Shown one piece after another: positions 9,312-20,400 of a stretch of 64,000 bases of DNA. Below the pieces are notes generated by a model. That model had not been told where the DNA came from. It made no database searches and worked only from the letters and a program-made list of their open reading frames with translations. The stretch spans positions 806,001 through 870,000 of the forward strand of contig OZ025651.1 in NCBI GenBank assembly GCA_964019335.1, read 5' to 3'. How positions within the stretch are numbered: the first letter of the stretch is position 1; every line of letters begins with the position of its first letter. The position numbers and the translations under genes are program-made. This DNA comes from Diplonema japonicum (lineage: Eukaryota; Protista; Euglenozoa: Diplonemea).

Positions 9312-12300
9312 ATGAACGTGTTCATAGTGAATGTGGACAAGACGCAGATAGACTTCGAAGCAGGAGAGAGAACCACGTTTAGAGAAGTGAGAGATGTAGC
9401 AGCGAAGGAATTCAATGCAATCGCACAGAACGTGTGCCTGACGCACATGGGAAAGACTTACAATGCTGACGAATTGGACCTCGAATTGTCTGTCTGCGGG
9501 GTGGCTCAGGACGATCCAATAGAAGTCACCCTCCCGCCTGGAGCAATAGCACGCACTCTCATAGACGCCGAACCCGAACTGTACGGGATGACCGCAGAGG
9601 CATTCATCCACATGTACCTCAGCGAGAGGGGCAGGAAATACAAAACCCAAAAGTGGCTGCAGCTATTCAAAGACTCGAAGGGCAACGCTGCGTGGAACGA
9701 ATCAAAAAGAGTGTTTACTTTCGCCGCGCCTTATCAGAACCCTCCCCTTGAACGCATTAAGCACGTCATCCAAATTGGGTACACTTCAAAAGCCTTCAGA
9801 GATAAGCTTGCATACCTCTTCTCCCACAGACGGATAGACATGGCATCAGATGAGTTCGTCGGGATGGCGATCGACGCTTGCGACACGTTTACACTGATGC
9901 ATCCGTCGCCCATGATCCAAGCGATTAAGAGGGGCAGCGTCCCTCTTGTCCGCAAGGCCTTTGCACGAACAGCCTATGACCGCGTGACTGCTGACGATAT
10001 GAAGTATGTTCTGATGAACCCGAGCTCAGAGGTTCTGCAAGTTTTTCTTGAGGAGAATTTCTGTTGGGCTACGGTGGGCATTGCGGAATGCATGAATCCT
10101 GCATACATACGAAGCCACGGGCCTCTCCTGAGGAAACACTTGAAGGGCGAGGATGTCAACGAAGCGATCACTGTCGTCAATAAGGTTCTCCTCCGAAAAG
10201 CGTGCGGCCACACCGACATAGAGGGGTTTCGGTTTCTTTTACAATGGTGCGCCGACGACACGGATAGTATCCACTTGAAACCCACCAACGGGGCTGCCGT
10301 GGTTGCCGCAGCAAGGAACCCAGACCCTCGCTTCCTCAAAGAGCTCCTCAAGGCGGGTGTCACTGCAAAAACAACAACAAAAGACGTACCCATCGTGGAA
10401 GCTGCAAAAAAAGGCCTGACGAGCAATGTGGAAACTCTCCTAGACGCTGGAATCCCTCTTTACAGGTCTCTCCTCGGGACGGCTCTCCAATTGGGAAACA
10501 CATCTCTCGTAACATTGCTCATCGATCGTGGCGCTGATGTAAATGCTCACAGAAACGGTGCTACCAACTTGCAACTGGCTGTCAGTAGCAGCCCTGCCTT
10601 TGTACCATTGCTGCTCGAACTCGGTTCGGATGCCAACAAGGTTTCTTTAAAGGAACGAAGAACGCCCCTCGAACTCGCTGCTGGCAATGGAGCCTGTAGT
10701 GTAATCGCAGCCCTCCTGTCCCATGGTGCAGACGCAGGGGTGGGCAACCCTTTGAAGTGGGCTGTCAGGTCAGGATGCCAAGATGCCGCAAAGATGTTGT
10801 TGACGCTCGACACCAACTTTCAACCCGCATTGGAGAAGGCAATCTTAATGGGACAGGACACGTTGGCCAGCGTTTTCCCTGTCGATAATGAGACGCCTTT
10901 CCTCAAACAATTTATGAAGGCCTGTTCCGACTCTCGTTTGCTGATGTATTTGCTGAACCGACGACCGAAAGAAGCGGCCAGCATCGTCACCATGCGTGAC
11001 AAAAAGGGACGGACTGTATTTCACGCGGTGGCTGCTCGGATGAAGGACGACCCGGAACCCGTTTTGAAAAAGCTTTTGGAGTTGGGTGCCGACCCTTCAA
11101 TCGGCAATGCAACATTGGCCTTCATTCGCAAATCATACCCAAAGTGCGTCAAACTTCTCATTGCAAACGGGAAGATCACTGTGACCCCCGAGATGATATT
11201 TAAGGCTGTCAGGATGCACGACACCCACGGGAGTTTAGGAGATCTCCTGACCGCGATGGGATCGGTGCCCCACGGTGTAATCACATACATCCTCAAAAGA
11301 GGTTGCTTAAGGTGCGTTCAGGCGCTGCACGAGAGCAACGTGGCGAAGCTCCACAATTACATTCCGGAGATTTTATCAAGTAAAAAACAAAACACTTTCG
11401 AACGTTCGAAGTGGCTGAGCGTGCTGCTCCCCAACAAGGAAGGCGGCGATAACGATCGGATCCTGCTGGCGGCGCTGAGACATAAGATTCACATGGGCGA
11501 GGAGGTCATGGAAAAGCTAAGCCCGGGGAGCAACTCTTTGAAAATAGCGATCGATAGCAGGACTTCGTACGACTACGTCACATGGCTGTTGACCGCAAAG
11601 TGTTCTGATCTGGATAAAGGGCTGCGTGCCGCGGTAAGAATAAAAGCGCCTAAAATTACGACCATGGTGCTTTTAAAGGGAGCAAAGGTGACCGCAGAGC
11701 TGCTGCATCGTGCTTTGATGGGGGAGACGAAACTGGGCTACAGTTACAGCACCCGTAGCACCGTTGAAGCGATGCTAGGCAGCGCCCCGCACCTTGTGAA
11801 TGCTACTAATGAAGACGGGGAAACGCTTCTAAAGCGTTCCGTTGAGTTAAACATTAAATGTGTAGCAAACAGGCTTATCACATACAAGACAATAGATGTG
11901 AACCTCGGTGCCCCTGTTCACATCGCCATAAAGCATCGACTTGATGACATTGCTGAAGGCCTTCTCAGAAGGGTTACCGATATCAACGCCCGAGATGTTA
12001 ATGGTGATACTGCTCTTCACGTTTTCTTTAAACGCAAGTTGAAGTGGAGATCTGCGTCGCTTCTGTGGGGTATACTGAGACGTGACCCTGACCTCAGCCT
12101 CAAAGGAAGCACTGGGGAAACCCCTTTCTGGACCGCCGCAAACCTTTCATACTCCGAAATGGTGAAGCTTATCAACGCCGGTTGCCCTCTGGACCCAGCC
12201 GTGGACAACAGTGGGGGGCTCACTCCTCTGATGGCCCTTTGCAGCAGTCCGTCCCCTAAAAAAATCAAAAGGTGCATCAGAAACCATGATGTTGTACAGA

Positions 12301-12455
12301 GCTTGGTATCTTGCATCAATGCCACCGATGATGATGGTTGGGACGCTGGTGACTACGTCGAGATGCGGTGCAAGAAGAGGGCACACACAGGTGTCACGAT
12401 CGATGAGCTACACTCGCTTGGGTTGAGAAAGAAAAGAAAGAGTGCTGCTTGTTGA
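9312..12455 (+). CDS. Ubiquitin-like N-terminal domain + ankyrin repeat protein
   Basis: 1047-aa ORF; Ubl-like N-terminus; many ankyrin repeats (LLIDRGADVNA, TPLELAAGNG, GRTVFHAVA, GDTALHVF). Confidence 0.85.
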   Translation: MNVFIVNVDKTQIDFEAGERTTFREVRDVAAKEFNAIAQNVCLTHMGKTYNADELDLELSVCGVAQDDPIEVTLPPGAIARTLIDAEPELYGMTAEAFIHMYLSERGRKYKTQKWLQLFKDSKGNAAWNESKRVFTFAAPYQNPPLERIKHVIQIGYTSKAFRDKLAYLFSHRRIDMASDEFVGMAIDACDTFTLMHPSPMIQAIKRGSVPLVRKAFARTAYDRVTADDMKYVLMNPSSEVLQVFLEENFCWATVGIAECMNPAYIRSHGPLLRKHLKGEDVNEAITVVNKVLLRKACGHTDIEGFRFLLQWCADDTDSIHLKPTNGAAVVAAARNPDPRFLKELLKAGVTAKTTTKDVPIVEAAKKGLTSNVETLLDAGIPLYRSLLGTALQLGNTSLVTLLIDRGADVNAHRNGATNLQLAVSSSPAFVPLLLELGSDANKVSLKERRTPLELAAGNGACSVIAALLSHGADAGVGNPLKWAVRSGCQDAAKMLLTLDTNFQPALEKAILMGQDTLASVFPVDNETPFLKQFMKACSDSRLLMYLLNRRPKEAASIVTMRDKKGRTVFHAVAARMKDDPEPVLKKLLELGADPSIGNATLAFIRKSYPKCVKLLIANGKITVTPEMIFKAVRMHDTHGSLGDLLTAMGSVPHGVITYILKRGCLRCVQALHESNVAKLHNYIPEILSSKKQNTFERSKWLSVLLPNKEGGDNDRILLAALRHKIHMGEEVMEKLSPGSNSLKIAIDSRTSYDYVTWLLTAKCSDLDKGLRAAVRIKAPKITTMVLLKGAKVTAELLHRALMGETKLGYSYSTRSTVEAMLGSAPHLVNATNEDGETLLKRSVELNIKCVANRLITYKTIDVNLGAPVHIAIKHRLDDIAEGLLRRVTDINARDVNGDTALHVFFKRKLKWRSASLLWGILRRDPDLSLKGSTGETPFWTAANLSYSEMVKLINAGCPLDPAVDNSGGLTPLMALCSSPSPKKIKRCIRNHDVVQSLVSCINATDDDGWDAGDYVEMRCKKRAHTGVTIDELHSLGLRKKRKSAAC

Positions 12456-12615
12456 TTACTTCCATTTCATGGTGAAGATTTTTTTTTTTCTGTGGTGGTC
12501 GTTGCAAGAGCGCCAATAGGAAGTATTGCACGATTCAGTTAACAGTATAGTTTTTTTCTTCTTCTTTTTTATATTCTCCTTTTCCTTTCCCCTTCAAACC
12601 CGCAACAGCTCCACC

Positions 12616-13704
12616 ATGCTGCGTCATTTCACCACCGCCACCCTTGTGGCAGCCGCATTGGCACAGAACTCATCCATTCCGGCACGCCCTTCTACCCCCA
12701 GTGTCTGTTCCGCTCTTGTCTATAGAGGCCGGCAGGAGTGTGGCAGTGGCTACATGCTGGCCGACATCGACACGCTCACTTCATGCGCTGGCTTCGTCTG
12801 CGAGAACATGATGGGGCCCTGGTCCATTGCACATGGGAAGGACATGACAAAGAAACTCGCTGGTTCTGGTTACGGATGCGGGATCATGGACTGGGACGGG
12901 ACTGGTGTGACCGATGTCGTGTGCATGCCCATTCCTGTCCCCCCACCTGTGGCAGCATGCAATACCCTGACCTACGGAGCAGAGGAGCAGGAGTGCAGCA
13001 ACGGGCAAACCCTTGTAGACATCAACACGCTCACAGCCTGTGCTGACTACATCTGCGACAACATGATGGGGCCCTGGTCAGTGGCGCATGGGAGCGACAT
13101 GATGAAGAAGCTTGCAGGGCCTAGCTATGGGTGTGCCGTGCAGAACTGGGACATGGGGAAGGGGACAGGTATCGGGGACGTGGTCTGCATGCCTGGGAAC
13201 ACACCACCTGCCCCCACACCGACCAGGAGGTGTGACAATCTACAAGCCGCGAAGTTTGTGTGTCCCCCTGGAACACAACTGGCTGGGCTTGAAAGTCTGG
13301 AGGAATGCTCTGACGTGATCTGCAACACGGTGCTGGGAGAGTACGCTATTGCTCACGGCAGCGACATGACAAAGAAGCTTGCAGGGTCTGGCTACGGGTG
13401 CGTAGTCGAGGACTGGGACGGTACCGGTGTGGGGGATGTCATCTGTGAACCGCTGTCAGGTGTTTGCAATTCTCTGAACTACCGGAACGAGGAATGCCCT
13501 GCAGGTGAAGTGTTGGCTGACCCTAAGGTAGTGAAGGTGTGTTCCACTTACATTTGCACCGAGTTGCTCGCACCAACTTACATGGCACATGGGAGCGACA
13601 AAACGAAAATGCTTGTTGGATCCGCCTACGGCTGCATCATCGAGGACTGGTCCGGCGGCAATGTGGGCAGCATCTGTATCCCGGCAACAACCGCGAAGCA
13701 ATGA
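12616..13704 (+). CDS. Secreted Cys-rich protein of 4 aerolysin-small-lobe (APT)-like repeats, copy 1
   Basis: Signal peptide MLRHFTTATLVAAALAQ; four ~75-81-aa repeats C-x-L-x-Y..EC..GY...C...MMGPWSIAHG.D..KKLAGSGYGC.I.DWDG....V.C.P. Confidence 0.8.
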   Translation: MLRHFTTATLVAAALAQNSSIPARPSTPSVCSALVYRGRQECGSGYMLADIDTLTSCAGFVCENMMGPWSIAHGKDMTKKLAGSGYGCGIMDWDGTGVTDVVCMPIPVPPPVAACNTLTYGAEEQECSNGQTLVDINTLTACADYICDNMMGPWSVAHGSDMMKKLAGPSYGCAVQNWDMGKGTGIGDVVCMPGNTPPAPTPTRRCDNLQAAKFVCPPGTQLAGLESLEECSDVICNTVLGEYAIAHGSDMTKKLAGSGYGCVVEDWDGTGVGDVICEPLSGVCNSLNYRNEECPAGEVLADPKVVKVCSTYICTELLAPTYMAHGSDKTKMLVGSAYGCIIEDWSGGNVGSICIPATTAKQ

Positions 13705-13747
13705 GTAATGAGTTCACACAGGTTTTCTATAGTTCTTTCTACTTTTT

Positions 13748-13876
13748 TTGGAAGATATAAACGACAGCTAGGCACTACGGTGGGTAGCAGGGAACGACCC
13801 CAAAAGGGGAGCATCATAAGGTAGGCACGCCACCGCGGCGGGCCGTTGCTAACCACTTCGTTCCTATCATAGTGAA
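13748..13876 (+). mobile_element. 129-bp 5'-truncated copy of the 3' end of the non-LTR retrotransposon at 51423-54555
   Basis: Identical by eye to 54427-54555; flanked by T7 on both sides; absent from the paralogous site (~16660-16670). Confidence 0.92.
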
Positions 13877-14256
13877 ATTTTTTTAATCTCTAAAGGCGAG
13901 GTGGGTGGATACCATTGGAGAGCTCAAAGAAGTACACCAAACGTGATTTTTTCCTCTTTTTTCCCCCATCGTTTTTTAATTTATCTGTGTGACTTTTGCT
14001 AACCTCTCCCTCCCGCCAGTAATTCTTTTTTTTCTCTTTTTTTCTGTTCGCCCATTTAAAATATCTCCACTCGTGTTCTACTAAAAATCGCTGTGTGATC
14101 TCTTTAGTGTCATTTACCTTGGGAAAAAGTATCTGATGACATTAAAGAAGTTTGCAGCACCCCGGCCAAAAATGATGATTTCACATATTCTGTGTCTAAA
14201 TTGTTAAAGAAAGTAGAAGACGAAATCCGTTTGTTTGTTTCTCTCTTTTTTTTTTT

Positions 14257-14613
14257 AGTGTGTACCCCCCACGAATGAGGACGACGAGTCCGAGGGACGG
14301 AGCGAAGTGTGCAGAACGAGACGGATAAGACGCCCCTTCCCTGCGGACGGGGCAAAGAGGGTCAAGTCGCTCACAGCGATCGGAGGCAAGGCTGCAATAG
14401 GCTTTAACAGGAGACCGATCTTCGCATCAAGACAGACAGCGCAAAAGCTACAGGAGTTGAAAGGGACATACAAGAAAGAACGCGTGTCGAGACTACGAAA
14501 AGCTTTAAAGGCGACAATAGGAACGAAGGCTATGCTCCAGAAGGGGAGCATTAATAGATAGGAACTCACACCACAAGAGGCTGTCCTCGAGTGGGATTGT
14601 CTTTTACTATGAG
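14257..14613 (+). mobile_element. 5'-truncated 3' end of a related, diverged retrotransposon subfamily
   Basis: Encodes RRPFPADGAKRVKSLTAIG...IGFNRRPIFAS...YKKERV...QKGSINR*, homologous to the element C-terminus RRAFPAQSCKNVRSLRSIG...VGFDRRALFAS...YRKERI...QKGSIIR*; flanked by T-runs; absent from the duplicate spacer. Confidence 0.85.
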
Positions 14614-15053
14614 TTTTTTTTTCTTCCTTTTTTTTTTCTTAAAGCGTCAACGTACTTACGTAGACTCCCTCTCTTTTCACTCTTTGTTCTCTTTCGCTCG
14701 GGAGGAGATGATGTATTTGCACCGCGGTGAGCACTCGCATGCACACTGATACTTCGATACATCTATTTGTCCCGCCTCTTTTTTCGCTCTGGCGGAGAAG
14801 ACACTCCTGCTCCATCTCGTATATATATATGTGTTCTTCGATTTCTTCTTATTCATAGTGAAGCATTTTGTTCTTTATCGTTTTATCTTAACGGTTTTGT
14901 CCCATTTTCTTTCTCCGAGCTTCTTGAGCTTGTGCGCTTTTTTACCTTTATCCTACCTCAACTTTTTTTTTCTTCTTTTTTTTTCCCTGTATTCTCCTTT
15001 TCCTTTCCCCTCAAACCCGCAACACTGCTTAAACAGCTCCAGGTTTATCCACC

Positions 15054-16634
15054 ATGCTGCGTCATTTCACCACCGCCACCCTTGTGGCAGCCGCATTGGC
15101 ACAGAACTCATCCATTCCGGCACGCCCTTCTACCCCTCCCAGTGTCTGTTCCGCTCTTGTCTACAGAGCAGGCCAGCAGGAGTGTGGCAGTGGCTACATG
15201 CTGGCCGACATCGACACGCTCACTTCATGCGCTGGCTTCGTCTGCGAGAACATGATGGGGCCCTGGTCCATTGCACATGGGAAGGACATGACAAAGAAAC
15301 TCGCTGGTTCTGGTTACGGATGCGGGATCAAGGACTGGGACGGGACTGGTGTGGCGGATGTCGTATGCATGCCCATTCCTGTGACAGAGTGCAGCGCTTT
15401 GACCTACAAAGCAGGCCAGCAGGAGTGTGGCAGTGGCTACATGCTGGCCGACATCGACACGCTCACTTCATGCGCTGGCTTCGTCTGTGATAACCTGATG
15501 AAGCCCTGGTCCATTGCACATGGGAAGGATATGACAAAGAAACTCGCTGGTTCTGGTTACGGATGCGGGATCATGGACTGGGACGGGACTGGTGTGACCG
15601 ATGTCGTGTGCATGCCCATTCCTGTGACAAAATGCAGCGCCCTGACCTACAAAGCAGGCCAGCAGGAGTGTGGCAGTGGCTACATGCTGGCCGACATCGA
15701 CACGCTCACTTCATGCGCTGGCTTCGTCTGCGAGAACATGATGGGGCCCTGGTCCATTGCACATGGGAAGGACATGACAAAGAAACTCGCTGGTTCCGGT
15801 TACGGATGCGGGATCATGGACTGGGACGGGACTGGTGTGACCGATGTCGTGTGCATGCCCATTCCTGTCCCCCCACCTGTGGCAGCATGCAATACCCTGA
15901 CCTACAGAGCAGAGGAGCAGGAGTGCAGCAACGGGCAAACCCTTGTAGACATCAACACGCTCACAGCCTGTGCTGACTACATCTGCGACAACATGATGGG
16001 GCCCTGGTCAGTGGCGCATGGGAGCGACATGATGAAGAAGCTTGCAGGGCCTAGCTATGGGTGTGCCGTGCAGAACTGGGACATGGGGAAGGGGACAGGT
16101 ATCGGGGACGTGGTCTGCATGCCTGGGAACACACCACCTGCCCCCACACCGACCAGGAGGTGTGACAATCTACAAGCCGCGAAGTTTGTGTGTCCCCCTG
16201 GAACACAACTGGCTGGGCTTGAAAGTCTGGAGGAATGCTCTGACGTGATCTGCAACACGGTGCTGGGAGAGTACGCTATTGCTCACGGCAGCGACATGAC
16301 AAAGAAGCTTGCAGGGTCTGGCTACGGGTGCGTAGTCGAGGACTGGGACGGTACCGGTGTGGGGGATGTCATCTGTGAACCGCTGTCAGGTGTTTGCAAT
16401 TCTCTGAACTACCGGAACGAGGAATGCCCTGCAGGTGAAGTGCTGGCTGACCCTAAGGTAGTGAAGGTGTGTTCCACTTACATTTGCACCGAGTTGCTCG
16501 CACCAACTTACATGGCACATGGGAGCGACAAAACGAAAATGCTTGTTGGATCCGCCTACGGCTGCATCATCGAGGACTGGTCCGGCGGCAATGTGGGCAG
16601 CATCTGTATCCCGGCAACAACCGCGAAGCAATGA
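15054..16634 (+). CDS. Secreted Cys-rich protein of 6 APT-like repeats, copy 2
   Basis: Near-identical paralogue of 12616-13704 with two extra 243-nt (81-aa) copies of repeat 1. Confidence 0.8.
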   Translation: MLRHFTTATLVAAALAQNSSIPARPSTPPSVCSALVYRAGQQECGSGYMLADIDTLTSCAGFVCENMMGPWSIAHGKDMTKKLAGSGYGCGIKDWDGTGVADVVCMPIPVTECSALTYKAGQQECGSGYMLADIDTLTSCAGFVCDNLMKPWSIAHGKDMTKKLAGSGYGCGIMDWDGTGVTDVVCMPIPVTKCSALTYKAGQQECGSGYMLADIDTLTSCAGFVCENMMGPWSIAHGKDMTKKLAGSGYGCGIMDWDGTGVTDVVCMPIPVPPPVAACNTLTYRAEEQECSNGQTLVDINTLTACADYICDNMMGPWSVAHGSDMMKKLAGPSYGCAVQNWDMGKGTGIGDVVCMPGNTPPAPTPTRRCDNLQAAKFVCPPGTQLAGLESLEECSDVICNTVLGEYAIAHGSDMTKKLAGSGYGCVVEDWDGTGVGDVICEPLSGVCNSLNYRNEECPAGEVLADPKVVKVCSTYICTELLAPTYMAHGSDKTKMLVGSAYGCIIEDWSGGNVGSICIPATTAKQ

Positions 16635-17217
16635 GTAATGAGTTCACACAGGTTTTCTATTTTTATTTACTCTAAAGGCGAGGTGGGTGGACACCATTGG
16701 AGAGCTTAAAGAAGTACACCAAACGTGTTTTTTTGTAGTTTTAAATATTGTGTTGTCTTCCTTTAATCTCCATATGCGTGAGTTTTGCTAGCACCTCCCC
16801 CCTCCCGCCTGTAATTCTTTTTCTTTTCTTTTTTCTGTTCTCCTGAATAAAATATCTCCACTCGTGTTCTACTAAAAATCGCTGTGTGAACTCTTTAGTG
16901 TTTTTTACCTTGGAAACGTATCCGGTGACATTAAAGAGGTTTGCGGCATGTCTAAATTGTTTTAAAGAGTAGAAGACGAAAAGAAGAAATCCTTTTTTTT
17001 CCTTTTTTTTTTCTGAAAGCGCCTTCTGAAGTTGCTTGTACGCCAGACGGTTTATAAGCAACCAAAGTAATTCATCTTTTTTTTTCTGAAAGCGCCAACA
17101 CGTACGTATGTGGACGCCTTCTCTTTTCACTCTTTGTTCTCTTTCGCTCGGGAAGAGATCGTGGCGTTAGCTGTGGCATATCTTTGTGAAGGCGGCTATC
17201 TTCTACTAGCTATAATG

Positions 17218-17267
<50 letters not shown>

Positions 17268-17450
17268 ATAGAGATCGAGGCCAGCTTTGTTCGGCTTTTT
17301 TTAAACCATTCTGCAAGATAAAACCGACTTTGCACAAAAACCACCTCTTTCTTTTCTTTCCCTTTTTTTTCCTTTCTTTTTTTTTTTCTTGGATAATATA
17401 TTTTCTAAAGAATACCGAACACAATAATAACAGGAAAAGGAGGGGGAGAA

Positions 17451-20400
17451 ATGCACCGACCTAAGAGAATCAAGCTGCCACCACCAGACGATGACTCGAT
17501 GGGAGTTGTTCTGTACTCTCGAGCCCACGCGGGGGTTGCTGTGGACCAGGTCAAGGAAGAGATTTATTCCTTCGGGGGTCGTTGCATAACAGACAGCTTC
17601 ACAGGCGACGAGCTTTCAAACGATCTATGGGTGCTGCCGAAGAATGGGAAATGGCAAAGGGTGCGTACACGAGGGAGGGCACCGTCACGGCGAAGCCACT
17701 GCGGCTCTGTGATGGACAGCAACGGATGGTTTTGGGTGACAGGGGGAAGGGACGGCGAGGGCAACATTCTACACGACATTCACAGATGCAACATAATGGG
17801 CACATCGACCCGTGAGTTTGAGTGCGTCTGGGAGATCTTTCAACTCCCGCAACCCATCCCTCCGATGATGGGCCACTCCGTCACCTGCAAGTTCGGTCAG
17901 CTGGTCCTATTAGGAGGCGTCCTCAAGGGCTACGAACCCAACACTTCAATCTACACAATCTCAACCCAAACTTGTACCTTTGAGTCGTCAGTACCACTGG
18001 CCATCGAGGATATCCCGGAAAGCCTTATAGTCCATCACTCCGGGCGGCCTTGTTTTTTCTCTTCGAAAATTGAAATATTACATGAGAATTTTGTGATCGT
18101 TTACGCTGGGCGGTCGTTGCTGTCAGATTCGACGGCTCCTGACAATGCGGTGCTGAACAGGGATGTTTTTGTTCTCTGTCTCTCGTCGATGAAGTGGGGG
18201 CTCTTGAAGCAAACGTGCGAGAACGACGGGAACAAAGAGATGGTGAGGGATTGCAATTGGTTTTACATGTTCTACTCCCCGCACTCGCGGACGCACGACG
18301 CGCTCCTCTGGAAGGTGCTGACACCACAAAAAGTATTCTACACCGGCGTCGACGAAGAGCAGCTGCTAAACAACTCCCTGACATGGATAGAAAACACACC
18401 CGAAGGAACACCTACAGGCGTTGCAATGCTTCCAGTACCACGAACCGGTGGTGTTACGGAATGCATAGGCGAAGGGCTCATTGTAGCAGGGGGGGTTTCG
18501 TCTGATGACACAGTTTTGTCGGATCTGTGGAAAATGACGTTGTTCAGCGAGAAATGGACGCAGCTTGTTGCGTTTACCGATCAGAAAAAAGAACCGGCGC
18601 CGCCTTTGATACAACCCCACCCTCCTGGAAGCCCTATGTCGAACTATTTCACGTCTGAGGGAAACACAACCCTCAGCGTGGATGGTATGAACAAGATCAA
18701 CGTGGCGCGGGCCAACCGTCTGTGGTCTCCCCCGGGGCCGAACCACAACAACGCGAAGAACTCGACGATTAACGTTTTGTTGAAACCGGACGCTCCTGCG
18801 AACTTTCGAAAAGACATCAGGGTCTTGTTCGACATGGCCGAGTCGTCTAAAACCCCCCCAGACTGCTCTGTCTGCTCGAAGCTAACAGGAACCCACCCCA
18901 TTGAATCTAACATCTCTCTGAAAAACATCACAGGCTCCGGAACAGTCCTTTCGGTTGTGGAGCTAGCGACAGACGTATCGCGATTCACCACAGACATCGT
19001 CTTCATCGAGGCGGTGAAGAGGTTCAAAGTGTGCATCAGACTGACCGCCACATTAGGCGAGGCAGCCAAACGACGGCAGTACGAACGCAAGCTCGCTTTT
19101 GAAGAATCGGAGAAACGTAGGGCCGCAGAAGTGGCGTTGCTGCATCAACACGACGAAGCACGTGAGCGCGCGATGCAGCTTTACGGACAGCAAGAAGACG
19201 AACGCATCAGGGTTCGATGCAAGGAAGCCGACGAAATGGAACAGATACGCCGGAACGAACACAAGCGACAGCGCGACGCGGAAGAATTCGAGAGGATGAA
19301 ACGGGAGTTCGAGGCTGAACGACAGCTCGAGCGGGACAGAGAGGAAAAAATGGAACAGCTCCGCAAAAAAGAAATCGAGACCATGCGTAACCGCGAGAAG
19401 GAAAAGGAGTCCTTGATAAGGGACCAAGAGGTGAAGTTAAAACGGCTGTGCATTGCAGAAGAAGAGCTCAACACCGGCCGTGCGCAGCTAGAACGTGAGA
19501 GGCTCATGATCACTCGCGAACGGGATCAAAATCTCCGAGAAAGACAGTGGGAAAAAGCAAAGGACGAGGAGTGGGAAAAAGAGCGCGCGAAACTATCACG
19601 GAAAACCGAGCTCCAACAGCAAACAATCGAAAAGCTCACCGCAGACGCAAAAACACTGAGCCAAGACGTCACAGACCTCAAAGTGGAGCTCGCTGAATGG
19701 AAAAAGAAAGCACAAGCCTGCCAGCTCAAACTAGACTTCTACGATGGCCGTGGCGACACAGAAGTCGACGCGGAATGGACCGCACGAAGGGACATCCGCA
19801 ACAAGGAGTTGAAACTCGCCAAGATGGGAAATTTCGAGCAAGGGTCTTTGAAACTACACATTAAACCGGTTGCGGTGGAGAACATACAGTACTTCATACA
19901 GGGCACCACAACCCCCGTCCTGCTCTCCAGCATCACAAAATTCTCCGTTGAAGCCAACGGAAAACCAGATACAAAGACGACCGTCCGCTCTGCAACCCTC
20001 GCCGTCGAGGTCAAAAACGGGCTGAGCAAAGGCGACGCACTATCCTTTATAAACACCGAGACGGACGACGACACCCGCACTATCACCACCTGCGGCGGAA
20101 CGACCGTCTACGGAACACTCGAGAAATCCCCTGAAAACAAAATAAAGGTTGTTTTGAAGGGCGAAAACGTTGGCGCTGCGGTACAATCCTGCGAAATGCT
20201 GATTTCCCGTCTCGGTTTCTACACGCCTTCCAAGGTCACCACCCTCGGGATCCGCACCATTTCCATCACGGTCACCATCAACAACACCATCGTGACGGCC
20301 TCCAGACTCTTGGAGGTCATTGCGCCCATTCTTACCCTGAAAGACCAAGAGAGGCAGATCGTGTACGTGGAGGGAAAGGGGAGTCTGGCTATCCTACCGA

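Larger units (their letters stand above)
12573..17160 (+). repeat. Tandem segmental duplication (gene plus downstream spacer)
   Basis: Coding 3' halves are almost identical (offset 2930 nt); 5' flanks (ATTCTCCTTTTCCTTTCCC..CAAACCCGCAACA) and 3' flanks (TCTAAAGGCGAGGTGGGTGGA...CTCTTTTCACTCTTTGTTCTCTTTCGCTCGGGA) are homologous. Confidence 0.9.

Noticed and set aside
14125-14200. CTGATGA hammerhead-core-like motif
   Set aside because: No matching GAAA or stems; the motif is not conserved in the duplicated spacer (CCGGTGA).
15140-15870. CRISPR-like or non-coding repeat array
   Set aside because: The repeats are in-frame 243-nt coding domains without unique spacers; eukaryotic context.
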